Positions 13,726 to 28,180 of a stretch of 64,000 nucleotides of DNA are shown piece by piece; position 1 is the stretch's first letter, and each line of letters opens with the position of its first letter. The stretch comes from Octopus vulgaris (lineage: Eukaryota). The position numbers were made by a program, and so were the translations under genes. The stretch lies in the NCBI GenBank assembly GCA_951406725.2, contig OX597838.1:1426001-1490000 (forward strand), written 5' to 3'. The notes under the pieces were generated by a model, which was given only the letters and a program-made list of their open reading frames with translations, searched no databases and was not told where the DNA came from.

Positions 13726-13995
13726 ACATACTTGATGTAGGAATAAATAGAATGGTAACGCTACACCGCACTATAGACTCTACCTTACCATACTATACTA
13801 TACTATGCTATGCTATACTATGCTGTACTATACTACCACAACACAGCACTATACTATCTGCTCTCCAGCTTGCTTTCTGTAAAATTGCTTACAACAACCA
13901 CGTCGTCATTACTGTGTTACTACTATAACAACAGCACCACGACGACGACGACGACCAGCACCAGCACCAGCAGCAGCAGCAGTACCACCACCACC

Positions 13996-14027
<32 letters not shown>

Positions 14028-14555
14028 AACACCACCACCACTAATACAACAGTCGCTCGTCCTCGCTGCCACCATTACTGCAACCAACGCCATCACCGAA
14101 ACCGCACCCCCCCCGCCATCGCCACTTCAGTCAATTTAAGACAAAAAAGACACACCAAAGGCAATTTTCTAAATATCAACAACAGCAACAACAACATCGT
14201 CGTCACCAGCACCAGCGCCTCCCCCCCCCAACGACATTAATAACAATAAAGATAACAACAACAACATCACCAATAACAACAACAACGACAACAGAATCGG
14301 CAATCCACAAGACAAAATAGCTAAATTAGGTGAACATGCTTCCTAAATGGAAAGTTCAATGTTTTCTTGCCTTTATTTTATTTTATTTTTTACTTTTATT
14401 CTGTTGCCGTTTGTTGTTGTTGTTTTTTTCGTCATGTGAATTTCATCGGAATAAATTGGTAAGCGGCAAACATCACCCTCTCAGTTAAAAATCCTTCTAC
14501 GCGAACACGCGCACACATGCATACACACACATACACACATGTATGTATGTGTGTA

Positions 14556-14633
<78 letters not shown>

Positions 14634-15015
14634 CTTGTGTGTGTGTATAATGTATGTAAACGTACATATATGTTGTTTTTTAAAAATAGTTTTTCACAAA
14701 TAAATATAGTTTATATGGAAGCTGGGCTGATAATAAAATATAATCTAAATATTAAGATATACAAACAGCAGAATAAAATTGGTTGAAATACTTTAATATA
14801 GGACAATGCTTAATGTGTGTGTTTGCGTGTGTGTGTGAGTGTGTGTGACTGTCCATGTACATACGTGTATATATTCGCATACACACACATATGTATAATA
14901 CATATATATATACAGATGTATGGCATACGTACGCTATATATGTGCTATGTAATATATATATTTATGCATATACCTCCTAGGTGTGTTATATTATTTATGT
15001 ATAACCATTTGATAA

Positions 15016-15916
15016 CCCATCAAGAGCTTGGGGCGAGTATACATTGGAACATTGTCAGATAGGAGTCGCGGGATGGAAATTATGAAACAAACCGAAGCTG
15101 GATTATCAACGATTGATAACTCGAAGTTACCAGGTAACTATAAAATTTGGTGCTTGCAGTTCGGCTTGTACCCGCGACTTTCGTGGCCACTTTTAATATA
15201 CGAGGTAGCCTTGTCACGAGTTCAGATCATTGAACAAAAGTGTAATGTGTTCATTAGAAAGTGGCTAGGCCTACCTTGGATGTTGAACAGTTGAGCTCTT
15301 TATCGTAAAAGAAGCTCGTTAGAGTTACCACTAGCGTCAATAGTCGAAATATACAAACTGGGGAAGGTACGAACGGTGATGATGCTGAGAGAATCGAAGG
15401 ACATGGAAATCCGACGTCATCCACCAGAGGTGAAAACAGCCAGGAAGTGGAAAGCAGAAGCAGAGACTGATGACATCTTGTCTTCTCTTATACACAGAGA
15501 TATGGTGGGTGAAATGCAAAACCATCAGAAAGGACTTGGTTTTGGCGCAGATCAGTTGAGACCGTTTGCAAGTTTGATGCGGAGCGAACGCAGATCTGTT
15601 GTTAGCAACAGCGTCAAAACGAGGGAAGCGGTGAGAAGAGAGCTTCATTTGATCCGATGTATTCAACAAGGACAGATGACGAGATGGGAAGAACATGTTG
15701 TTGAGATGGAAAATAAGTTGGGATGAGATATGGAAGTGGACCACATCTCGGCTAAGTTTTCTGATTCGTTCATCCTATGATGTTTTGCCATCACCTACAA
15801 ATCTAGTAAGATGGAACGTCTCAGAGAATGACATATGCAAATGCGGAAATGGCGGAACACTGAAACATATTCTTTCCAACTGTTCATTAGCATTGAACAG
15901 GTATACATGAAGACAC
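15016..15916 (+). pseudogene. Hero-clade (restriction-like endonuclease type) non-LTR retrotransposon fragment: late RT/thumb to CCHC knuckle
   Basis: PIKSLGR..LPGNYKIWCLQFGLYPRLSWPLLIYEV..RKWLGLP..ALY..LELPL..VKTARKWKA..GLG..QQGQMTRWE..RLSFLIRSSYDVLPSPTNLVRW..CKC..TLKHILSNC..RYT*RH. It has two nonsense codons (15292, 15908) and one frameshift (~15705). Confidence 0.88.
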
Positions 15917-15985
15917 GTATATATATATATATATATAGTTTCACCAGCGATAATAATTAATTTTATTTTATCGCAATTTGACTTG

Positions 15986-16044
<59 letters not shown>

Positions 16045-17027
16045 GTGTATATATGATATATACACATATATGCATGTATATATATATTAATCTATATAAT
16101 AATACATATTTTGCACATATATATATGTATGCGTAGATAAATACATAAATAAATTCAGGTATATTAAATACCATGCGGCATAAGTGCCTGGTTTATTTTG
16201 CTTCTGCCTGTAGAGAATATTTTATAATTAGCAGACAATAATTAAAACCACCTCACATGACAAAGGAAGGTAATATTGAGAATTAAGAATTCACTGAAGT
16301 TGACATGGCATTAAAGAAAAACGTATACTTATAGTCTGGAGATAAGAGGAGAGTCGTAGGTACATGGTTCTGCCTCAATAGGCATCGTCAGTAAACTCTA
16401 TTGTCCCACCTTATTGTTAGTGTCCAAGGGAATTAGAATTATAAAAAAAGAGAACACGTTGATGATTTGCATAATTGAAACAAAACGGAGCTAAGAGAAA
16501 CAGTTCAGGGAGGCTTGGAGTAAATATTTGAACGATGTACTCGCATACAAGTATCTCAAATATTATATAACATCAATTCTTGATTTAATAAAATTATCTC
16601 CGCCAGTAGAACATGTTTATAATTATCAAATGGCAATTAAGACCAACTTCTCAGGGACAGAGGATATAATTTCAAGAAGAAAGTATTCTCCAAAACTAAC
16701 ATGTCAATCAGTTAAAGGACAGGCTTGGATCAGCATAATTCATGTTCTATAATATTTTCTATTTTTTCAAATACATGCCGCTGGTCATCTCTCAATTTCT
16801 CGATTATATATATAAATTAGAAAAAATCCACCTTTTATCAATTCAACAATGAAATAATTAAATTATACGATATAGAAAAAAATATATATAAGATAAAAAC
16901 ATATACCAATGATTAAGTAATGAACAAAATAATAAATAAAAAGTATATAATTGGTAAAATTGAATTTTTCCATGTAAGTTTGGAATAATATTCCCTAATA
17001 TTATTATTATTATAAAGATATATATAT

Positions 17028-17071
<44 letters not shown>

Positions 17072-17149
17072 ATGTATATATATACATATATATATATATG
17101 CATATATATATTTATATACACATGCATATATACACATACATCTATGGGC

Positions 17150-17463
17150 ACAGGACATCAGCAACAGTAAGCAACATGAAATACGAAAACAAATGAGTTG
17201 AGTACGCAAACAACGAGAGAAACAAATGGGAAACAGGACAAGTAACACAAAGAACGACCCTTCATCAGTTGTCGGCCGTCCATCTACTCCTCATCTCGTG
17301 CATTGAACGACAATATGAGTCTTCGAAGACAGATGCTCTAATAAGTACCAAAATAAAATTTGGGATTTACGGGTCAAAGTTGGGAACAAAAAACAGGACA
17401 CTGGAGACATACGAGGAACCCGAACGAAAACAAACATGGAGGCTCGTTAGACCTGAACGAGGG

Positions 17464-17465
<2 letters not shown>
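17150..17465. repeat. Interspersed repeat, probable Penelope pLTR-like piece (related to 30010-30180)
   Basis: A-rich block between microsatellites sharing CCCTTCATCAGTTGTC with 30148-30163. The classification is inferred. Confidence 0.4.
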
Positions 17466-17530
<65 letters not shown>

Positions 17531-17907
17531 ACATATATACAAACATATATACAAACATATATACATACCTATACTAAATTACATTCGTATGTATATGTTC
17601 AGTTACATGTATAGTTATTTTCTTTTCAATCTATGGAAAATATTATTTTTGTTGTTATTATTATTATTATCATTATTATTATTATTATTATTATTGTTAT
17701 TATTATTATTGTTATTATTTATTGTTTGTATGTTCCTCAGTTTGAATCGATCAGTGTGACATATGACAGGGAAGTACTTTTCACTTAAGTAAAGTGTTTG
17801 TGCGTGCGCGCGTGTATTTGTGCGTTTATCGATCTTCAAAGACAAGAGTAAAGGAAAACTAATTGAAAATAATGATAATAATAATAATAACAACATCAAC
17901 AACAATA

Positions 17908-17993
<86 letters not shown>

Positions 17994-18724
17994 TAAACAA
18001 GCAAAATCAAGAATAGTTGCAAAAACACTGTCACAACTACAACCAATAAGACGTTAACAAGAACATAAACAACAAAAACTCAAATCTTTTGTCGAAAGAA
18101 AGTTAATATAGATTGCATAAAATTAACAAGGTGAGAGAGAGAGAGGGGGAGAGAGAGAGTGGGAGAGGGAGAGAGTTCGAGAGAGGGAGTGAGAGAGAGA
18201 GAGTGAGTGAGTGAGAGAGAGCGAGAGGTAAGGAGAGAGAGGTAAGGAGAGAGAGGGGAGGTGGTTTAGTGCGACAAGAAGAGAGAGGATGCATGCCGCA
18301 TATACACATATTTACAGCTACATACATAAACATTCATAGGAAATTAATAAATAAAGAGTGAGTGAGTGAGTGAGAGAAAACAGGAGAACGAGAGAGAAAG
18401 GGAGAGAGAGTGATAGAGTAAAAGAGGGAGTGAGAGAGAGAGAAGTGTGAGAAAGAGAGCAGACACACATGGCGACACACATTCACAAGAGAACATCTCA
18501 TTCACAAAGAGACAATATATTCACACATAAAGATACACACACACGCATGGACACAAATACACACTCATACGCATAGATGCACACGTACGTGGTGGCACAC
18601 TTTCAGACACCCATCCTTATACATACAACATAAACACAAAGACACGCATTCACACACACACACGTGCACATTCGCACAAATTACAAGGCATACACACGCA
18701 AATGTGCACACGCATACATTGATT

Positions 18725-18784
<60 letters not shown>

Positions 18785-19384
18785 TACACACTTTTACTAT
18801 TATATGCAGACACGAAAGAAAAAGCTGAAAAAATTTTAGCCTGACGCTTAAAATGAATCTGTTGAAGTGAAGATATTGTCATAAAATTAGTAGTAGTAGA
18901 GTTAGTAGTAGTAGTAGCAGCAGCAGCAGCAGTTGTTGTTGCCATACATTTTTTTACACACCTGGGGTAAACAGAATTAGACATCAAGACAGCTATTGAT
19001 TAAGTTTACCTTACACCACTTGAAATAAATTATATGTACGTTGACATACATACATACATGCATACATACATACATACATACATGCATACATACATGCGCG
19101 TGTACATGTGTGTATTTATATATATGTATTACAACGCATACACACACATATATGCATATATGTTTGCATACATAGGAAACAAGTGTTCTTTTGAACACGT
19201 CTTCAGCATGTTTTATTTGAAACATCGCTAACTTCCAGTTTTATCTGTTTAATTAAGGTTTCCTTATAGTTTCATATCAGTTCCTTGCAGTTTGGTTTAG
19301 AAACGTTGTTGACATTCACACATGTTTATAATGTAGTGAGTTGTACGGGTTTATACGAATAAAATTAGAGCACTCAGTACACCA

Positions 19385-19430
<46 letters not shown>

Positions 19431-19501
19431 GTTTGTGTGTGTGTGTATGTGTGTGTGTGTTAGTGTATATATATATACATATATATATATATATGTATGT
19501 A

Positions 19502-19557
<56 letters not shown>

Positions 19558-19629
19558 CAAATATACATACACACATATATGTATGCACAGTACATGCGAA
19601 ATATACGATATTGATAGCTTATGTATATA

Positions 19630-20225
19630 TCATCAAAAAATTTTTCAGAATAAATTTGGGATTCTATAGAGATGACAGGTTAGCTATAACCCAACACGTG
19701 AATGATCTAATAATGAAATATTCGACATTGTTGGCACCCACCCCTACAGTAATGTACTATGAATTAATGGATTCGAAGATAGGATCACGTTTGCCATCCA
19801 AAAGTAAGAAGAGCTGTTGCAATATTAGCTTATTCATACTTCTTTATTCCTTAAAAGTTAAGCCTAACTTTGTTCAAAATTTCCTAATCTTGCCATTCAA
19901 AGTCTTAACATTATATATGAATACTGTATAGGTATGATGGAGGATAAATTTAAATAACGGTTATTGAACCACACTTCATCCTTTATAAGTATAGCAAAAC
20001 AGAATACAACAAAACCTTCCAATTATGTTTGGAGCGTGAAAGAACATGCTACTGATTTCAGCATAAAGTTAGGAATCTTCGAGAAATGCAGACTACAGAG
20101 AAATCGCACAAAGTGCCGCGGTTAAACATAGCTGAGAAAAGCCTCGTACTAAAAAAATCTGAATGAATCTGCGAAGTAATTAAATGTCTGGACAGAGATA
20201 TTCACCAAACGTCACCAATTCGACA
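19630..20225 (+). mobile_element. Penelope-like retroelement remnant (RT core motif plus GIY-YIG endonuclease), heavily deleted
   Basis: INLGFYRDDRLAIT (GLYRDDGL-like, ~19650-19690) and YCIGMMEDKFK*RLLNHTSSF...NTTKPSNYVWSVKEHATDFSIKLGIFEKC (from 19922; YIG-T..FK.R..NH..SF..T.LS.YIW.LK pattern). Confidence 0.8.
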
Positions 20226-21644
20226 CGTACCTACTGACATACTGGCTGTTATAATACAACCTGAGTAACTGTACCAATACTTAACTATCAGGAACATAGG
20301 AACATTTACACACTCTTTACACCAGTCAATACATACACACGCGCACACACACATACACGCACACACACATACACGCACACACACACTCACAGGCCATCAT
20401 ATAGACAAACAAAGCGTAGAGTTCAACAGCCGCGACAAGAACGTTAATAATATTAGGTGCCGCCATTTTCTTTGAGTTTATTTGTTTGCTTGCGTGCTTG
20501 CATGTCCACCTTACTGACGACCCAAATTAGCTCTATGCAAGAAACGAAACATCTTTATTAGTTTATTTCAGAGTAAGGAGCAATGTATTCTTTCTCATTT
20601 TCATTCATGGATTTTGTATTCTTGGCTTTAAATGGATAATTCCATCTATTCAGTTAACCTGCTTTGATTTTATTAACTTTTAAAAAGAGTATGTTTGAGA
20701 AATTGAAGTGAAGAGGAAAAGCCAGATAAAGGGGTGTTCGGAGGCAGAGTAAGGTAGATAGATAAATAGATAGATAGATAGGTAGATACATAGATAGATA
20801 GATAAAAAGATAAATAGAATAGAGAGGTGGAAACAAATAGAATAATGAATGTGAGAAGTGAAAGCCAGTATTTTGTTATAATCAGTTCAGCAGTATGTAT
20901 GTCTTTCTAATATAAATATTTCATTTTTTATTTAAAATTTACAACGATTTTAACCAGTTCTAACTGTGACATTACTGCGAGGGTGTCTCTCTGTGTTAGA
21001 TGCTTAAACTGTTAGATGCAACAACTAAATTCTTCTCATGTCACAGAGACATACATTATAATTGCTTTTATACAATAATATTGTTTACACACAAAGAATG
21101 CTCAGAGCTGAATCAATCATTCAGTTTTGTTGTTTACTTGTCATGAATTTGGAGTATTTGAAGCGTCGAAAATTATGAACAAAAGAATTTACAGGGTTAA
21201 AATACACATAAAACAGGTCTTCATTTCTTTTGTATTGGAATATTTCCTTTTCTAGTACGATATATGAATATGAAAGTAGACGTCTCAAGATGTGTCAAAC
21301 AGAGTAAGTTTTGGGTTATATCAAACTGAAATTAGTCATGGAAATGACGAAAAAAAAAAGGTTAAAATACATTTGCACGTGTTGACAGACTGTTACATAT
21401 TTCATTTCACATAATAAGGATTAAAATAGTTAGTAGTAGTTATACTGGTTATGTTAATACGGATGACTATAGTATATTGAATTCAAATTTTGGCACAAGG
21501 CCAGCGATTTTAGGAGAGGAGTAAGCCGGTTACTTAACTGGTACTTCATAGGATATTGACGGCCATAAGGATTAGTATTGGTGGCTACAACAGTATTGGT
21601 GATTCTTGAGGTTAGTAACGGTAGCAGCTAGGAAAGGCAGTAGT

Positions 21645-22045
21645 TGTTGTTTAGCCCCAGGTCAGCCTTGATAGAGGAGACCCTACGATCAAAGACATTC
21701 TAGTCACAAGCATCACTTTCGTTTACGTTTGTGTAGGTTCAGAGTAGCGGTTCTTAACCGTAGATCCCAGGGCCGCATGCCCTCCCCCCTCCAAGAATCC
21801 TTCCGGTGACCCCCAATGGTCTCTCCTCTATAAATATAAAAACGTTTTCTTTAACTGATCTGTGTTTTACTTTCTCTGCTGCGGCCCCGCTACAAGAATC
21901 CAGATTTTAGATCTGGCCCGCATATTAAAAGATCGAGAACCACTGGGCTACACAATTGAATGTGTCCTTCTTTACTTCAAGCTGTAGGTTATAATATGAT
22001 GGAATTTAGTTGCTGTTTCTGGGGATTCCCTTGTTGTCCCAGTGG
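21645..22045. repeat. Unclassified interspersed repeat family E, interrupted by a MITE
   Basis: The CAGGTCAG..CCTA(C/T)GATCAAAGA..TTC.AGTC motif recurs at 59570-59625 and inverted at 43338-43405. The ACCATCCTGTCT..GTTGCTATTTCTAG part recurs at 39730-39840. Confidence 0.6.
21745..21945. mobile_element. hAT (Charlie-like) MITE
   Basis: Termini TAGCGGTTCTTAACC and GATCGAGAACCACTG resemble CAGTGGTTCTCAACC TIRs, with internal GGCCCC/GGCCCG subterminal motifs. The 8-bp TSD is not clean. Confidence 0.7.
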
Positions 22046-22119
22046 TAGTTTATATTGGTGGTTTTATTAAATAATGGTACATTTCACATATGTGTTATGA
22101 CATTACATAAATTGTGTTA

Positions 22120-22430
22120 TCACTCCTCACAAGTCTTCTGCTGCCTGTTTGTCAGCGACTTCACAATATGCCAAATGAATGAATACATGGAATCGTTGAA
22201 TAATTCATAATGTCTTATATTTCGTTGGTAGACATACATTGACGGTTTGGGCCAAATATATAAACAGTTTAATGTAGCAACACAACAATTAACCCGAAAC
22301 TCAGCCGAGGCGAGATCACTCATTGTAAATGACGCTCTTTTACGGTGCCATCTTGTTGCTTCCCATCTTCCCCGAGTTATCTTTTTGAATATTAAACCAA
22401 ACTCAGGCAGAAACAATTCTGTTAAAGAAC
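22120..22430 (-). mobile_element. Very old CR1/L2-group RT fragment
   Basis: Across frames, in order: QQDGTVKER (QHGF..GRS-like), FIYLAQTVNV (FIDFAKAFD-like), WHIVKSLTNRQQKT (W..SFLTNRQQ-like). Confidence 0.45.
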
Positions 22431-23163
22431 AGTTAGTTAGTATTGGCGGTCATAATAGTTATAGTTACAGTTCTTAGTATAGGTGGGGGTGGTATAGTAG
22501 TTAGGAATGGTTATAATACTAGTAGTCGTTGTAGATAGCCACAATAGTTGGTGGCTAGATAATAGTTACAGACGGTTATAATAGTTAGTATTCGTGACTA
22601 TAGTAGTGATAGATGGTCTCAGTAGTTTCTGTTAGTGGTTTATAGTAGTTGTAGGTGGGTATAATAGTTAGTTCTGGCATAGTAGTGGTGGCTATAGTGT
22701 GTATTTACGGTTTATAAGAGTTAATATTACTAGTTATACAAGTTATATTGCTTCAGGTTATCTCTTGTTGAACAGACGGAAAAAAGTGGACGGGTAGCAG
22801 TTAGAGTCATTATTCTTAGGAAATACAACACATTTAAATACTGAAAATAATATTATATTTTATGATAATAGTAACAACAACAACAACAACAATAATAATA
22901 ATAATAATAGTAATTATTATTACTATTCATATTTTGTTTGGTTGATATTAAGCACAAATTTCTTCTGGCTATGTAAGAGAATAGGAGACGTAAAGGTGGA
23001 TTGAACCCTTAGCGATTCTATTCAAAAGACTTAACTCAGCGGTTCCACTTGCACCAAACCACGCTGAAAAATAGAAAGTAGGAAACACTATTGTTCTACT
23101 CACAGCATATTGCAAATAGCAGAAAGATTTACGAGAAAAGCTTTTTGTTTTATGCGTAATGGC

Positions 23164-23208
<45 letters not shown>

Positions 23209-23614
23209 CAGCGTGCGTGTGTTTTTACGATAAGTGATATGTGTGCCTGTATTTTTGTTTGTGCTGTGTGTGTGTGTGTGTTTACTCCAGCTAATGTGTG
23301 TGTGTAATGTGTGTGCCTATTTATTTGCGTGCTCTTTTTCTTTGTTTTTATGTTCTTCACGTTCATACAGGAATTTATAACAAACTCACTTGGATAATGC
23401 AAGTTGCCTTGTACTGTCTTTCGTTGCTTGGCCTGCGTTTGTTTTTTTGTTTTTTTTTATATATAAAACACACACGCATACCCGTACACACATACATACA
23501 CACACATACATATGCAGGTATACTTTCACACATGCGTGTGTGGTTTAACACGACATGTATGGAATATCTGATGAGTTTGTTTTATTCGTTTATTAATGCA
23601 AAATATGGAAACAT

Positions 23615-23654
<40 letters not shown>

Positions 23655-24299
23655 ATGTATGTATAGATGCAAGCATGCATGTGTGTCTCTATGGTAATGG
23701 TTATATGCAAAACGTATACATACATATATAGAATGTCTACATATATTCATATGCACTCATATGCATATTACACAAGCACACACATATTCATTATATATAT
23801 ATATACATATATATATTTGTGAGTACATTTCTATATGTGTATGTATGTGTATGAATGTGTGTGTGTGTATGTATGTGTGTGTGTGTTTGTATATGTGCGC
23901 GCATGAAAACTTGTTCAATCGATCAAGAAGACCAAAATCCACACATAACTCAATGCAAATTCTATAACTGCAGGGTATATATTCATATAAGATGTGTGTG
24001 TGTGTGTGTGTGAGTATATATGTGAGTGTGTGTGTGCGTGTGAAAATGCATCCGTGTATCTGTGTATGGGCACACACGCACGCACACACACACACACACA
24101 CACACATTCACACATACATACCTGCATGCAAATACACATACAAGACACACAGATGGGAAATAATCTCACTATGAGCAAGGAGAATTGTGTTTACTCTGCA
24201 ATTATGCCAGGACCAGCTCGTGCTTCGATGGTCTGTTCGGGTATCAGCGTCGGATTGTTTGAAGTTCAGGGAGTAGGTCTGATGACAATAATAGAATAT

Positions 24300-24350
<51 letters not shown>

Positions 24351-24447
24351 CACACACACATACATACACACACATACACACACACGCACACACACATACA
24401 CACACATACACAAACACACGCACACACACGCACACGCATACACACAC

Positions 24448-24492
<45 letters not shown>

Positions 24493-25684
24493 TGTGTGTG
24501 TGTATAATCACACGTGCGTATGAAACGAGATGAAAGCGCTAAATAAATAATTATCCAAAATTCTGACTACCTCTTTTTTTCTTGATATATAAAATCTGTA
24601 CACCACTACAAACAATCTAAACACACATACACATACCGAAGCGAGGTTCCTATGACTGAGCATGCAGTATAACGAACATAGAGTTTATATATTCTTACAA
24701 GTACGGAGCGCAGTCAGTCCATGTTACTAAACATTTCAAATTACCTGAAAAGTAGACAAGCTGCTTGAGTTGCTTTTCATCACGTTTTATATCTCTTTTA
24801 TATCTACCTCACTTACTGTTTGAACTCAGAGCAGTAAACCAAAACTATTTGCACATTTATACACATACGTACTCAGTCATAGATCCTTATTTTTACGGGT
24901 TCCTCGTCATTTTCGGGGATAAGTATTCTAGTTGTTAAATTAAATGTACAACCTTAATTATCAATTTAACGGGTAAGTGGCTGAGTATACCTAAGACATA
25001 TCTACACGTAATGTGATTCTTAGGCTGAATTAGCGTGACGCAATATGTAGTAATGCAGGTATAATCAATTACAGTTACAGTTTTTCCAGTGGGCTTCCAT
25101 CTGCTCCGATTTACTGCTAAAGCTGCAGTCACTCCAAAGCTGTGGCAAAAGACACTTGTCTTAGATGTTACGTAGTGTGAGACCGCATCCGAGACTCAAT
25201 GATCTGAGAAGCGTATTTCTTAAACGCTTGACAATGCCTGTGTCCATTCTTGCAAGAAAGCATCAGAGAATCTATCGATCGAGACATTTCAATACTCTCC
25301 TCTTCTCACCACCAATCTCTAAACAACCAGAAAAGCAAGCAGAAATGTAAACCAACGACAGCAACAATTACTACAACAACTACGACAACAATTACCTCCT
25401 CATCTAAATCCCGCAGAAATACAGAAATACACAAAAACACACACACAAAAAATAGCAAAAATCTCAAACACGAAACGAAAATAAATATTAAAAAACTGGA
25501 AGAAAAACGGACAATTCCCAGAAGAAACATCTGAGTACTTAGATTTCAGTGATTCCATTGACTAAATGGGTTCACCAATTATATATTGGAATCAAAAAAA
25601 TGGTTAGCTTATCTCGAGAGAGATCCGTTGTTTATGACAATGCCGAGAGCTAAGGTTTAGCGAAGAGACTGCGTTTATTATTGC

Positions 25685-25744
<60 letters not shown>

Positions 25745-25896
25745 AATCTTTATTTTGTTGATGTTGTTTCTTTGTATGTTTATGTATGCACTTGTGTGTG
25801 TGTGTCTGTGTGGTACGTCGATTCATTTTGGCATGGACTGCTTAATTGAAAACGAGGGTAGGTGTACTGATAGTGTTTATGTGTGGGTGTTCATAC

Positions 25897-25991
<95 letters not shown>

Positions 25992-26030
25992 CACACACAC
26001 AATCATATATATATATACATACATACGTAC

Positions 26031-26097
<67 letters not shown>

Positions 26098-26419
26098 TGA
26101 TATATATATATATATCAATATACATATATAATATATATATAACTACATACGCGTGTGTGTGAGTGTGTATGTATGTGAGTGTACGTGTGTGCATGTAATG
26201 AGTATACGCACATGATGCGACAAAGATGAAAATAGTCTCCTTGCGAGAGCCGTTCAATGTTTGTGTGTACACAAACGTGTTATTCATGATATGCACAATG
26301 TTACACACACACACACATACACACACACACACGCACACACACACACACGCACAGACACACGCGCGCACACACACACATACATATCATATGATTAACTACA
26401 AAAGCTACAGCTGTCACTC

Positions 26420-26732
26420 GAAAGTGAGTCGGAGCTGTTAGAAAGCGCCATGCTCCCGCTGATTGTTTCAGGCGTCTGCGTGGTAGCAACAGGACACAGA
26501 CGCATTCACGGCGGCCCTCCCGCTCTTCAACTAGCAGAACAGCGAGGATGTGACAGTTGCAGGAGACACAGCCATACTAACACTCCGTCGGTACTCATTT
26601 ATCTGAGTAGAATGGATCAGCATGAAATGAAGCACCTTGCTCAAGGATACAATGCACTGCCTCAAGCAGGAACCGAACCAACGGCCTTATGAACGTGAAA
26701 TCAACGCTCTAACTGGTTGCCCATGTGCCTAG
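26420..26732 (-). mobile_element. Diverged family D-like SINE with a distinct tail
   Basis: Plus strand has CATGAAATGAAGCACCTTGCTCAAGGATACAATGC..GGAACCGAACC (core and B-box, reversed). The tail motif TTCACGGC..CC.TCCCGC is shared with 44528-44545. Confidence 0.65.
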
Positions 26733-26939
26733 TGTTTGTCTTACTTTTTTTTATATCTATGCAGGGTATTCAGACTAAATCTGATGATTATTTTTGTTTC
26801 CCCTTTTTCGGGAACAGCTTGATGTATTATTAGAGAACAGACAACGATGTTGGAAAACAGAAAGATTAAAGTTGTAATTGAGAAAACGTTAGTTGACATG
26901 GAGCACTGGAAGCCATCTGAATATCGGAAAAGGGTTAAG

Positions 26940-27625
26940 CTGTATCATGATGATTCGCGACGATTTTCATCAATACGCCGACATATTGACTGTTGCTCAA
27001 TGCTCTGTGTACAGTGTATAGGCTGTAAGGCGTGACATGGACAGCGGCGGCAACAGAGACTAGGAAGCCGTGGCCAGCAGGACCGGATACAACAGGCATT
27101 CTGAAAGTGACGTCATGCTGTTCTACATCTTTGAACAATGCCTAAACTTAATTCAGACGGTTATGTGAAACTGCTGGGGACTGGTTAATCCATGACTGAA
27201 GACGGTTGCTGCTGGAAGGCCGTAAGTTTGGCAGTAAGATTCAGCTCCTTGCCATAAACGCAGAAAGAATCAGAAGTGGTTGTCGGAGAACTTCTACAGC
27301 TCCAATTTCTGGTTTCCTAATTCTCCTGGTTGTAATCCCATAGATTATTATATTTGGGCGCAATTGAGAAAGAAACCAACCGCTCTCCCTGCTACACCAA
27401 GACCGAGTTGGTGGCCAAGATCAAGGAGGTGTTGGAAGATCTTTCTAGGGACGCATGCGACAGGTTAAGGTCGTAGTGGAAGATGAGGGCGGCTAACCTT
27501 AGCAAATTGTTATCCCCGAGCCATGATCTAGTTGACATTTATGATTCTTTAAAAGACTTATTTTTGGATGGGATGTTTCCTTTTTCTTTTAAGGAAGCTG
27601 TCAAATTTAGCCCGAACACCGCGTA
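26940..27625 (+). mobile_element. maT/DD37D-like (Tc1/mariner superfamily) transposase remnant with right terminus
   Basis: SESDVMLFYIFEQ, SDGYVKLL, VAAGRP*VWQ*DSAPCH..QKWLSENFY..NFWFPNSPGCNPIDYYIW, KETNRSPC..KTELVAKIKEV, VVEDEGG. Ends GCTGTCAAATTTAGCCCGAACACCGCG-TA. The left boundary is approximate. Confidence 0.85.
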
Positions 27626-27626
27626 C

Positions 27627-27719
<93 letters not shown>

Positions 27720-27904
27720 ACTGTCTGTCTGTCTGTATTATATATGAGTACTTCTGTGTTGGTGAAGTGTTAAGAAGAGGAAGCATGGCAACAATAGGAG
27801 AAACCTACAACAAACAATGCATCAAAAACTCATTGTGGAAGCGATTTGGTAAAACAGATGACGACAAGAATGAAGTAATTTTAACGAAGAAATAAAAGGA
27901 AAAT

Positions 27905-27907
27905 GAA

Positions 27908-27940
<33 letters not shown>

Positions 27941-27953
27941 GATGGTGGTGGTG

Positions 27954-27985
<32 letters not shown>

Positions 27986-28136
27986 GACGGTGGTGGTGGT
28001 GGTGGTGGTGGTGATGGTGGTGGTGGTAGTAGTAGTGGTGGTGGTGGTAGTGATGGTGGTGGTGGTGGTGGTGGTGATGGTGGTGGTGGTAGTAGTAGTA
28101 GTAGTGGTGGTAGTGATGGTGGTGGTGGTGGTGATG

Positions 28137-28180
<44 letters not shown>

